Positions 50,301 to 62,030 of a stretch of DNA of 64,000 bases are shown one piece after another (the stretch's first letter is position 1; every line of letters starts with the position of its first letter). Both the position numbers and the translations under genes were made by a program. The notes under the pieces were generated by a model. It saw only the letters and a list, made by a program, of their open reading frames with translations. It made no database searches and was not told the DNA's origin. Source of the DNA: Mytilus trossulus. Taxonomy: Eukaryota. The DNA is taken from assembly GCF_036588685.1 (NCBI RefSeq), contig NC_086376.1, forward strand, positions 76,859,630 through 76,923,629, in the 5' to 3' direction.

Positions 50301-53300
50301 TGTAAATACAAATCAACATCCGTATCCTTAAAGTTATGACTGATCAGTAAATCATCTAGTTTACACTTGAGCTATAAAAAGTGCGAATTTGTAAAAGTGA
50401 AAATCAGATATGAATAGTTGAAAACTAATAAAAGGAAATGAGAAAAAAATAGTTTCGAATGTTTATAAGAATTTTTCTACCCGGCAGACTGGAATTCTAA
50501 AAATTAGATAAACTGGTTGTCGGGTTATACAGGTATTCAACGGGTTATATAGGTCTTCAACGGTAAATACTCCATCATTTGCACTGAACTGACATGAAGC
50601 TCGAACACAGTAGATTCACAACACGTGTAGTTAAATGCATCTGGTTCTATTTTTTTTTTGTGGGAAAATTTACACCGTCACTTTAATGAAAGGGAAAGTT
50701 TCCGAGTCAACACCATCTTGACTAGTTTGCTTTTAGAATAACACGAAGATTAATTTCAAAGTTTAATGTAGATTGGATATTTCAGTTGCCCTCCGTCTTG
50801 TTTTATACGAGAGGAATGAGGGGACTTAATTTTTTCCTGCTTTTATAAGTTTTAAATACGAAATTCAGTTACTAAATTACATATAGTTTCATGGTTAGAT
50901 GGATGTAAATAACATACATTCGATTGCAATAAAAAAAAACTTAATGAAGCAAAACATTAGATTTATATCTATTTGAATTGTTCTTCAATTAATGTTCTCG
51001 TTAACATTATTGACGACTCAATATTAACGAATTACTCTTCCAATAATTTGTATTCTAAATGGTAAAAAGGCAACATAACAAAGACCGAATAAAGATCCAA
51101 CATACACTTGGGTATAAGGATACAGCAGATTCAGAATAAACATTCATCGTTTATTTAATACTGGTATCAATGTAAAGTTTATTCGTATAGTTATTTGGTT
51201 TAATCAAGTTTCACTTATTTTTATTTCAGTAACTGAAGGATATGGTTTAACCTTAATAGCGAAAGTTGCTTTAAATGGAGTCACTGGTACCGTGACATTC
51301 ACACAAAATGGGGGAGACACCACGGTGAACTTTAATGCAGCTGGCTTAGCCAATACAAACACGTGGAACATCCGAAGTAATCGAATGGTGTATGATCGAC
51401 AGGTCAGGTGTTCCGATGCAGTTCTTGGAATGAAGTAAGAAGTCGTCATTATTTTTATGATGCAACTATAAAAATATATAATATACTATTCACTTTTTGA
51501 ATTTAAATATTTCAAGAAGACGTTTATAATCAAAGTTCAAAATAGCCCATATTACTGGTGGTATAGACATTTGTTCATACCATATAACCATGCAGATTTC
51601 AGTGTATAGTATTTTTTTTCAAATGAAATTTTTATATCTGCTTTTGTGTTAAATATTTTTAAAGCTGTGTTGAAGACAAATTATTGAAAAAGTGACACTA
51701 TTACATGATATTTTCAGTTTAAAAGTTCATGTTGAGTTGAACAAAACTGTGATAAACTACAGTCAGTAAATTGCGTGAGAAAAATGGATAAATATTTTTG
51801 AGAGTTTTTGCTGATATTGTTTTTCTCAAACTTGAGTAGTAAGAATACGTCACGTACTTATCAGATGACAAACAGCATTGATGTTTTATATCATATTGTA
51901 AGTGTATCATAATGACATTTATAACATTGTTGAATATGTTTCAAATTTGATTTATATGTCAAACAAGTTTTTATTACAATTTGTCATTAATCGGTTAGTA
52001 TTGCACTGTGCTACGGTCAATTTACAGAAACACTTTCTTTCGAATGCATAGTGGTAAATATTTTATCAGACGATGATCCGTAATACCAGAGGCACCAGAG
52101 AGTGATGTGTTACATGTAACTCTATTCTATTGAGATACTTGCCATCTTAAGCCTAAAGCCTTTAGTCAAACGTACAATCACTAAATATAAAAGGTAAACA
52201 CAAAAACGTAAACAAAAATAACAATCAGTCTTTAGATAAAAAAATAAAAACACAAAAATACCAAACTCAGAGGAATATTCAAACGGAAAGTCCCTGGTGA
52301 AATGACAAATCAAATGATAAAACACTTCGAACGAATGGACAACAAGTCAACTGTCATATTCCTGACTTGGTACAGGCATTTTCAAATGTAGAAAAGGTAA
52401 AATACTTCAAATTTGAGTCCGATATTTCGGCCAAAAAATTCTTTGACAAGAATTGTGTATAAAAATGTATCCAGACGATGTAATTTTGAAGTTTAAAGTT
52501 ACACTTCTAAAACAAAAACCACAGTCTATTGTTTAAAAGATACAATTTTATTTATAGTCGTGTTATAAGTCACATTTTTATCAAAATCAAAAGGTTTGGT
52601 CAAGCAATTTATTGATCGACAAAATTTTGATATTTGTACGGACTATGGTCAGATAAATTTATTAATATTTACCACGTATACTGTTACAATAAAACTTGAC
52701 CTGTCTACTAGTTGTAATATCTTTCTTATCGAATGAGATCAAATTTTACCTTTCAGTTATATCGAGTCAACTGGTACCGTTTCAAGTAGTGGAACAGCAA
52801 CAGAAACAATAACAACAGCAGTTCTACCCAACTTGAATTCTCTAACAGGTATTTTTGTCATGGTTAAAACTGACTGGTTTAAAAAAAAAAGGGAAACTAC
52901 CATATAAATGAATGACCAAATACATGTTTGAAAGAAATTTTAGTAAAACAAATATATTTAATGTTTCACAGAGTTAAACAGAAAAATACGTGTTATACTT
53001 TGAACGATATAAAAAGGGGCCCGATTTCCTTAACCTTCCCTTTGTGTTCATTGGTAATAGAAAGACAATAAAAACAGCAGTAATATACCGCTAGCCTATT
53101 CAAAATGTAATTCAAGTTGATGAAATTGATATTATGGGTTGAGTTTTTGAAACAGCGGTCGACTTAGGATTCAACGTGTTTGAAGGTTTTTCACAAATAA
53201 TCAAGACAACAAAGGTAGAAGTGTTTTGTAGACGTAACTCGCGTCTAGCTCAAATACAAAATTTCAAACCTGGTATCTATGATGAGTTTATATACACCAA

Positions 53301-56300
53301 TGCTGTGAATGACTTAGTGTATATTGACTGCATCATTGGTTTCAATTGAATAGAAAGTGAAATCATAAAAATACTGAACCCGAGGAAAATTCTATTAGGA
53401 AAATTTCTTCTCATGAGTCAAATGGCAATATCAAAAGTTCAAATACAACAAACGAATGGATAACAACTGACACATTCCTGAATTGGTACAGTCATTTTCT
53501 TATGTAGAAAACTGTAGATTGAGTCTGGTTTTATAGATAGCCAAACCTCTCACTTATATGACAGTCGCATCAAATTCCATTATATTGACAACGATGTTTG
53601 AACAAAATAAACAGTATTAATAAATAAACAAGTCAAACGAAGGAATACATCAGTCAACAAAAAATGTGTTCTTATATTAATAACTATAAAACAAAATAAA
53701 TATGTAGAAAAGAAGCACAAAAAGGCATATAGACAAAGCACATTAGCAAAAATTAAAGACAATAATACAAAAAAGTTCCGTTATGTAATAGACAACTGTG
53801 GAATAGAATAACAAAAATTCGCGTGACATACTTGGAAAATAAATGGAAAATGCAAGTTGGGTACTATTACGTTTTGTTATATAAAGGTATTAAGGTTTAA
53901 CACAATCAGAGAAAAGTGTATGTTGCAAATTTTATGTACAAATTAAAATAACAAAAATACTGGGCCCAAAAGAAAATTCAAAGCTTGATATATATTTCAA
54001 ATAGGACATATACTTCAAAACCTCAATTTAGGCCTATTAAACTATTTGATAAATTTTATCCATTAAAAGCAATATCAGAATTGTGAATACTTAGAAATAT
54101 TGTTAAACGAAAACAATAGAAGAGCACACACAAGGAAGTAATTAACGTTCTTAAAAGCTTGTTAAAAATAAAATTTGCCGTGTATATCATGTCATTAGAC
54201 GACAGAAACAATCGGAAAAGCCTCGCCTTTAAAACCTTAACTTAACCGGAAAATATATTGATTATGATATTGCACAAGATCTTATCATAGGAAAACTTTA
54301 GCTTTCTTGAAAACATGCCTTTAAGATCAATGTTTATGCGATGATTTTAAGACGAACGATTCAGTTTACAAAAATTATTCCAACTACAGGGTCCGAAAGG
54401 CATAAACATTTTACATGACTATTTATGATAGTGATCAAAACAAATAATATTCATTTGAGAGTTACATAGAAGGAAGTATGATTTGAGTGCTAATGAGACC
54501 CACCAAAGCCTAAATAACAAGGGTGTAAACAAATTCGGGTCATCTTACGACATTCAACTTATATAAATGGTATCATAATGTTATAAGTTAGTGTGTCATA
54601 TTTATATTTATAAATTATCTACGATTTACCTATGTTTACCTGTGAAAAAAAAATGCGCAAATGATCAGATTTTTATGATCAAATGTAATGAGTGCAAATG
54701 TAATGTACCGATGTAAACAACCTGCTATTTGTATTAATTGATAAACAAATGATCCAAACACAATAAACTTTACATAATGACAACTCCAAACTGTCATTCA
54801 AGTGCATTCAACACTTATACAATTATTTTTCAATAGCTTTTTCTAAGTTGTATATTTCTCATATTAACTCAGATAATCACGACCTCTTTTATTTTAAAAT
54901 CGTGTATAAACAGACTTCAAAAATGCACAGGAAATGTCTTATATGGACTTGCTCTCAAAACTCTGTTATTGGCTCATCTTAAGATTTTTTTTTACCTATA
55001 TAATGCATGCTTAATTATGTAAGCAAAAACATTATATTTCGCTATTACAGCAGATTCTGAGGGATAGTTATATCAATAAATGAAGCATTTTTACCAGTAC
55101 ATTCGATTAATGTTGAATTTAATTTTATCAGGTAGAGCACTGCTGCTGAATGATTCGACAACAGGTGATCGAGTGTGTAGCACTATAGAAGCTGACGAAG
55201 ATCACATAACAGGAGTAGCCAAACTTCAATCTGTAGTAGGAGGAACAATTTATTTCAGACAAGTATCATCATCGTCATCAGCAGCAACTTCTATATATGC
55301 AAATGCATTTCATTTAAAATACACAGCCACAAATTCAAATGAAACAGTTGCATGGGGTATATATTCTGGTACTTGTTCTAGTAAAGGTGCTTTATATAAT
55401 CCAACAAGTAGTTCCAGTTCACCATGTGATCAAGACAATCAAGGAAATTGTCCTATAGGAGATCTGTCTTCTAAAAATTCTTACTTACCCGTTGGGGAAA
55501 ATAGTGAAGAAATTTTGACTTCATTTGTTGATATTAACCTCCCATTGAGCGGAAGTAACTCTGTCATTGGCAAAATCTTAGTTTTGAAATCTAAAAGTGG
55601 AGATGTTCTAGTGTGTTCAAAAATTGTTCAGTATACAACAAGAAATGCTGTGGCAACTATAAGTAGGGACGGAGTAGTCGGAACGATATCATTCCAACAA
55701 AGATCACCATTTGATTCTACAACGACCTTTGTTGACCTTTCCGGACTTGGTAATAAAGCTGGTGGATATCATGTTCATAAATGGCCAGTTCCAGAAAAGT
55801 GGGCAACCGAACAGAAAGTATGTGACGCTGATTCTGTGAGTGGACATTTTAATCCTTTTGGAATTGATACTTCTTCAGACCCTGCAGCAACTGTGGGTAC
55901 GGACGATCAGTACGAACTTGGAGATCTCAGCAGTAAATACGGTTCGTTAAGTGGGTTAACAAATAAGATGGAGAATTACACTGACTATAATTTACCTTTA
56001 TTTGGTACGAATAGCGTAATAGGACGATCTATAGTTGTTCATTACGGCAATGGTAATAGATGGGTTTGTGCTACTATTGAATATGTTGGTACTACAGTCA
56101 CAGGATTAACAACGTTTACATATCCTGTCATTGGATACATCGCTTTTAAACAACCAACAGATATTGACATAGAGCTGGCCGACACTATGATTTACGTGTG
56201 TGTAGACTATGGGAATAATTCGAGTAGATCTATTGACCACAAATGGCACGTTCACGTGGGAAAAGTCGGTACCGATGCTTTGATCAGTAGTGGTCGTTGC

Positions 56301-57971
56301 AGTTCGGTTCAAGGGCATTATAATCCCTATTCGGTTGATCTAGCAGGAAATTATAATCCAGAATGTAACCCTAATAATCCTTTACGATGTGAGGTTGGCG
56401 ATATGTCAGGCAAACACGGAAAAATATCAGTACGGTCTACATCAGGATCTATTCAAAGAATTTTTTTCACAGATTATGACTTACCACTTACAGGGGACCT
56501 AAAGATTTTAGGTCGGTCTGTTGTAATACATGCAGCAGATTCAGGAGGAGGAAGGTTATCATGTGCTGATATTCATACAATCCCAAACCGTAAAGTCATT
56601 GTTAAAACTGGCACATGGGCCTCAGAATCTTCTGGGTCTGTAGATGGATCATTTATGATGACACGAAATACAGAAGGACTTATTGATGGTACAACAGATG
56701 TCAACATACAGTTAACAGGACTAGCTTCAATGGCAGGAGGATACCATGTCCATGTTAATCCTGTTCCAAAAGAAAGTTCGAGTCCATGTTCTGCATCTTC
56801 TGTTGGGGGACATTTCAATCCTTTTGGTGTTAATGCTACAGCAGGAGCGATCGATGGATCTAGTTCAGATGACGAATATGAAATAGGAGATTTGAGTACA
56901 AAATACGGCACTTTCCTCAACAACAAACTTACCTACATAAGGATGGAATCAGAAACCATGCTTCCTGTACGTGGACCTTTAAGCATCACAGGAAGATCTA
57001 TAGTTATTCACAAATCATCAACAGGTGCTCCGAGATGGGTATGTGGTAATATAACAGAAGATACTGCCAGTACTGGAGGAGAAATGTTTGAGGCAAAAGC
57101 TACATTTTCCACTGGATCAATAACTGGATATATTTATATGGTATGTTTAGTGGTATTTTGACAGTCATTTTATACACGGTTTGATATGAGGAGGGAAACA
57201 ATATGTGAAAATCTATGAACAAAATGTACATTTTGTACTGAAATTTGTTTCAAGATTTTCGAAACAACATTGCTAGATTCAAAGATATCTAAAATTTAAA
57301 AGACGAAATTTAATTTATACATACACACAGAGATAGGGGAAATATGAAGCTAGAGTTGTGAAAAAATCACGGGTTAAAAATACCAGAACAACTACATCTT
57401 TGGGCGAACAAAGAAATAAATCCATAAGACAACTTTAGAAATACACAAATAAAAACCATTGAATTGCATCGGTTGTTTGATTAAAGTTCCGTTTCTGTAA
57501 AGTGTTTTGGAACATATAACTTTCCTATCCTATATACATTAAATTAGCTTTCATAACAAGTATGTAACACGTTATGCAAAGTACGAATATGAGATTATGT
57601 CAGTCTGCATGGGTGTACTATAGTCTTGACACAAATATTGCTAAGAGGAGTTATTTTTGTCTTGTAGATTTTTATGTCATGTCTGATAAGAAATGAATCT
57701 GACGAAAAGATACAGATACTGTCAAGTTTCTCTAAAATGTCAGGTGTATTTGAGGCTATGACAAAATTATTTAGTGGCTGTCTTTTATGCGGATATTGGG
57801 CAGTAAATATGAACATTTCGAATGTACCTGAAGCTTGTAACTTGAAATTTATACTATTAATGTTTAATGAAATGTCATAATTTCACGTTACAGACACAAT
57901 ACCGATACAGTGACGGCGGTCTAAGTGATACCGGTGTATTGGTAGACTTGGTAAACACTGACAGATCAAAG
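41363..57971 (+). CDS. Secreted Cu-only superoxide dismutase repeat protein (CSRP/Rsod-like), 5' part; exons 41363-41405, 51230-51434, 52757-52848, 55132-57140, 57894-57971; probably continues right of the window
   Basis: Phase-consistent splicing (1,2,1,0,0) gives 809 codons beginning with signal-peptide-like MMDLISVLLCFVYFVTEGYG. Three complete SOD folds have HVH, GH(F/Y)NP, ExGD(L/M)S, GRS(I/V)V(V/I)H and RxxC motifs. The Zn-ligand His is replaced by Glu and the electrostatic loop is absent, which is the Cu-only SOD signature. Confidence 0.88.
42850..44007. mobile_element. ~1.16-kb non-autonomous TIR element splitting one copy of a local duplication
   Basis: Imperfect ~30-bp TIRs GATATCCAACTATAGCAGTCATCACGT / ACGTGATTATGACTGTAATAGTTGCATATA; flanks 42748-42848 and 44008-44160 join to match the uninterrupted copy 44174-44427. 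Confidence 0.7.
45947..46475 (+). mobile_element. 5'-truncated non-LTR retrotransposon (LINE ORF2 C-terminus plus short 3' UTR)
   Basis: 134-aa open frame with RLSSHNLAIENGR...RICTFC-x8-H-x4-C (CCHC knuckle), stop at 46349, AATAAA near 46463. Confidence 0.85.
48273..48352. repeat. 25-bp tandem repeat, 3.2 copies
   Basis: CATTGCACTGATTTATATAGAAATA x3. Confidence 0.9.
48662..49390. mobile_element. Foldback TIR element with a second palindromic element (~48683-48938) inserted in its left arm
   Basis: Termini CACAGGAGCTTGGGTATAT / ATATACCCAAGCGCCTGTG; arms continue as 48940-49015 versus 49296-49370; the inner element is self-complementary (CATGTCTCACCTA..TCGAGTGAT / ATCACTCGA..TAGGTGAGACATG). 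Confidence 0.8.
50156..50199 (-). ncRNA. Minimal type I hammerhead ribozyme with an intact catalytic core
   Basis: Minus-strand RNA ACAUCA-CUGAAGA-GACA-UUUAU-UGUC-GAA-AUCCGGAU-C-UGGUGU: stem I 6 bp, stem II 4 bp, palindromic stem III, AUC cleavage triplet. Confidence 0.8.
55132..57140 (+). CDS. 2,009-nt exon of the CSRP gene with one degenerate and three intact Cu-only SOD domains
   Basis: Lies within the 693-aa ORF 55080-57161; acceptor ttttatcag|GT, donor ATG|gtatgt. Confidence 0.92.
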
Positions 57972-58421
57972 GTAATGTTTCATTCAATATACATTAAAAT
58001 CATAAATATGCATTATATAAAATAAGTTGCACTTAATTCTCAGTCTGTTATTGTCATAGACACATAGTTAATTCACATTTGCTATTGCACAGCTAAATAA
58101 AACATATCGTACGATCAGTTATCATATCAAATGGTGTTTCTCATTCTAATGGACATTAAATATGAGAAAAAAGATAAACGTTCTGATTTATGGTTGCTGA
58201 ATTTATAAAATTTGACAGGATTTCATTATGTTTTCAACAAATAGATTTGATAAAAAATGCTCTCTTAGATTGTGTGCGTGAATGATACACGTTTTTTTTC
58301 ACTAGCCTAGTGAGCAGTATCGTTGTGCATTTAGTGTAAAAAACGACCATACTGTATATTAATATAAGTATGATTTACACTCCATTTTATGTATTTCTGG
58401 TGATTTTATTTTTTGTTTGCT

Positions 58422-58855
58422 CACAAGGAAGCTTTTTAATCAAGAGTTCCAAATGGTGAAGTTGAAATCATCTCTTCGTAAATTTTACGGACGCCATCAC
58501 GAGTTGGTTGACCGTTATGGAATAACCGTTTCACAAATGATATCGGATATGTTCCTTACGTCGTAAATACAAACCCTTTCCCTTTCATAAATGTGACCTA
58601 CAGAATTAGACTATTTACCGGATTTGTTATCCCATAAGCAACACGACGGGTGCAACATGTGGAGCAGGATCTGCCTACCCTTCCGGACCACCTGAGATCA
58701 CCCCTAGTTTTTTGTTGGGGTTAATGTTGTTTGTCCTTTAGTTTTCATGTGTACTATTGTTTGTCTGTTTGTCCTTTTCATTTTTAGCTATGGCGTTGTC
58801 AATTATTTTCGATTTATGAGTTTGACTGTCCCTCTGGTATCTTTCGTTCCTCTTT
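58422..58855 (+). mobile_element. 5'-truncated retroelement remnant (RT C-terminus plus 3' tail)
   Basis: TRKLFNQEFQMVKLKSSLRKFYGRHHELVDRYGITVSQMISDMFLTS* followed by the family tail. Confidence 0.75.
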
Positions 58856-59360
58856 TATGGTTATAACACAAATACTCAAAGAATATTAAGTGTAAAGTCT
58901 AACACTTGTTTCATAACTTTTGTTTTTCAATGCGCCTCTTCTTTGTATATGGCTTCCCAGCTGTTTTGATTCGAGGGCTATTGATACCTCGTCTGTTTTA
59001 GACGTTTCGCGAGTCTTGCTTACCAAATTATAAGCCTGGTATCTTTGTGGATTTTTTTCTTGGCCGATGTCGCTGCTGTTGGAGGTTCCATCTGCGATGT
59101 ATCAATGATGATGATTATTGCCCTTCCTTTTTGAGTTTTTCTAGGAGTTCAGTATTTTTGTGATTTTACTTTTCCCCCTCTCAGCAGTCACAATGTTGCT
59201 AAAATGTCAATTATCATTGATGGGTTATTTTCTGTTAATCTACTGTGTATTAAGAAATTAAGTGTGAAACTGCGCAATTTTCTGTAAATCTACTGTGCAT
59301 TTAGTGTTAAATTACCATAGGATCATCTACCCCATGAGTGGACCTATGCAATGCCTTATT

Positions 59361-60061
59361 GTCCGTTTGATTTCTATAAATCTTCAGAAATTAATTCTTA
59401 TAAATTCATTTTTACTAATAAATATTGTTTTTCTTCATGTGTGTTAATGTATGATATATACGAACTCTGATTATGAAAATCATAATTTTGAACCAATAAT
59501 CAAAAAAGTTACTCATTAGGTCTCTATGTTATTTCTTTTTAATTTAATATTAAATACTCAATGGATTCAGTATTAGTAGTGTAACAGCCTTCCAATCAAA
59601 ACAAAAACATTAGACATGTGCTTTAAACCTGTTTCAATGTACCATGTGACTTTACTCATTTAAATAACTCTGGTCATGTGATTACTGAGTTTTCTGTTTG
59701 CATGCTTTTGTATTTCTCATTGCATACAGAAAGCTCAGTAATCACATGACCAGAGTTATTTAAATGAGTAGAGTCACATGGTACAAAAAACAGGTTTAAA
59801 GCACATGTCTAATGTTTTTGTTTTGAATGGAAGGCTGTTACACTACTCATACTTACTCCATTGAGTATTTTATATTAATTTAAATAGAAATAACATAGAG
59901 ACCTAATGAGAAACTTTTTTGATCATAGGTTCAAAATTATGATTTTCATAGTCAGAGTTCGTATATATCATACATTAACACACATGAAGAAAAAAAATAT
60001 TTATTAGTAAAAATTAATTTTTAAGAATTAATTTCTGAAGATTTATAGAAATCAAACGGAC
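59361..60061. mobile_element. 701-bp near-perfect palindromic (foldback) element
   Basis: GTCCGTTTGATTTCTATAAATCTTCAG... arm to 59702 is the reverse complement of 59721-60061; 18-nt loop. Confidence 0.9.
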
Positions 60062-61428
60062 TATAGTCGAATTTATAAACTTACGATGTTCTTATCCCAG
60101 GAATAGATCACCATATAAACCGTATTTGACACACATTTTTGGAATTTTGGGTCATCAACGCTGTTCAACTTTGTATTTGTTTGGCTTTATAACAATTCTG
60201 GTCTGAGCGTCACTAATGAGTCTTAGGTTGACGAACCGCGCGTCTTGCGTACTAAATTATAATCCTGGTACCTTTGATCACTATTTACTCAAAGGTTTGG
60301 AATGTTTGTTTTAAATGTTTCAACTTCATATTTGATTGTCCCTTTAAATGTTTTGATATGAGCGCTAACGCTGAGTCTTATGTCTTATTAAAATATTATT
60401 ATCCTATTTTCTTTTATCAGATTAGTATATGAAATATGTCTGCTAATCGACCAAGGGGGTCATTTTATGACACTAAGAAATGTCCGCAGTTAACATCTGA
60501 CTTGAAAGTGGTTTAACTGAACAACGACTTTCTACGAACCTTGTTCTATTGTCACGGTTTAATTATAATTATCTTTGCAAAATACAAGTTTTTGCACCTT
60601 TTTATGAATACCTTCTTGAAGAAAGTATTATGGCGTACCAGTTATGGTAAAATGTACTTGATTTTCAATATAAATTTTCTCGACAAACACTTTCTTTGAA
60701 CATGTCGCGCAAACTTGGAGATTTCAAAGAGGCTAATTGCAGTAAACTTAACAAATATGTTGAACATATCGCTATCTGAATAATATCCAAATAATCAGTG
60801 CTGTGAATGTAAGTGGTGCCTTCTGTATATTCGAAAATCTTTAGTTTACCTGTTCAGTTTATCCAAAAATGAAAAATATTTTAATACATTAAAGATATAT
60901 TATTTTAGCTATTCAATAATTATTGAATAACAAATATTCTGGGAACTAAATTATGATCCTATTTATAATTTTACTAATGAAATCCAAAATGTGCGATAAG
61001 CTGAATAACCAATGAATGTATTATAATAATGTAAAAACACTTTTTATCATTGAACAAAAATTATCCTTATTTTTATGTAAGACGCTATGATTTCTATGAA
61101 TTATGACGTAAACACATATGACAGTGCACATCGTGTTCAAATGGAGATGGTTTTGAGAAAAGCATTATATATATTTGTGGTGTCTATGTTACAATATAGA
61201 TTAAGACATAATTAGACGTTGGACATATATTTGAGGCTTACATATATATAAAGTCCAAAATAACACTTTTTGGCTATATGTTGTCAGTGGTCATTTCAGA
61301 CATAATAGTAAGTTGACGAAATACAAGGATTATGCATAAATCATGTTGAGAAACTGTTTACATTATTTTTTTCAATGTGTATCCATGTATGGCTTTTAGT
61401 TATTCGAGAAATACATTTTCATATCAAT

Positions 61429-62030
61429 AGTTGCATGACACGGTTTATGTTCTTCTCATGTATTTTATGATAGTATGATAATAAACCCCTAACGGGAGGG
61501 ATTGTGCCTGATATTCATATGATGAAGACATGATCTTTCAATCAGTTGAATTGAGGTCTGGAGCTGGCATGTCAGTTACTGCTAGTAGTCTGCTGTTATT
61601 TATGTATTATTGTCATTTTATTTCTTTTCTTTTGTTACATCTTCTGACATCGGACTCAGACTTCTCGTGAACTGAATTCTAATGTGCGTATAGTTATGCG
61701 TTTACCTTTCTACATTGGTCAGATGTATAGGGGAGAGTTGAGATCTCATAAACATGTTTAACCCCTCCACAATTTTGCACCTGTCCCAAGACAGGAGCCT
61801 CTGGCCTTTGTTAGTCGTCTTTGATTTTTAATTTTAGTTTCTTGTGTTTAATTCGGAGTATAGTATGAGGTCCATTATCACTATACTAGTATACATATTT
61901 TTAAGGGGCCAGCTGAAGGACGCCTCCGGGTGCGGGAGTTTCTCGCTACATTGAAGACCCATTGGTGGCATTCGGCTGTTGTCTGCTTTATGGCCGGGCT
62001 GTTGTCGATTTGACACATTCCTCATTTCCT
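61429..62030 (+). repeat. Dispersed retroelement-tail/SINE-like repeat, same family as 36270-36635
   Basis: Colinear sequence similarity with 36270-36635. Confidence 0.7.

Noticed and set aside
56106-56926. Minus-strand ORFs 56106-56318 and 56573-56926 (also 51204-51449)
   Set aside because: Antisense shadows of CSRP coding exons.
55132-57140. Assignment as pernin/cavortin/dominin or ordinary extracellular Cu/Zn-SOD
   Set aside because: The domains keep all four Cu-site His but lack the Zn-site His and electrostatic loop, which fits Cu-only SOD repeat proteins instead.
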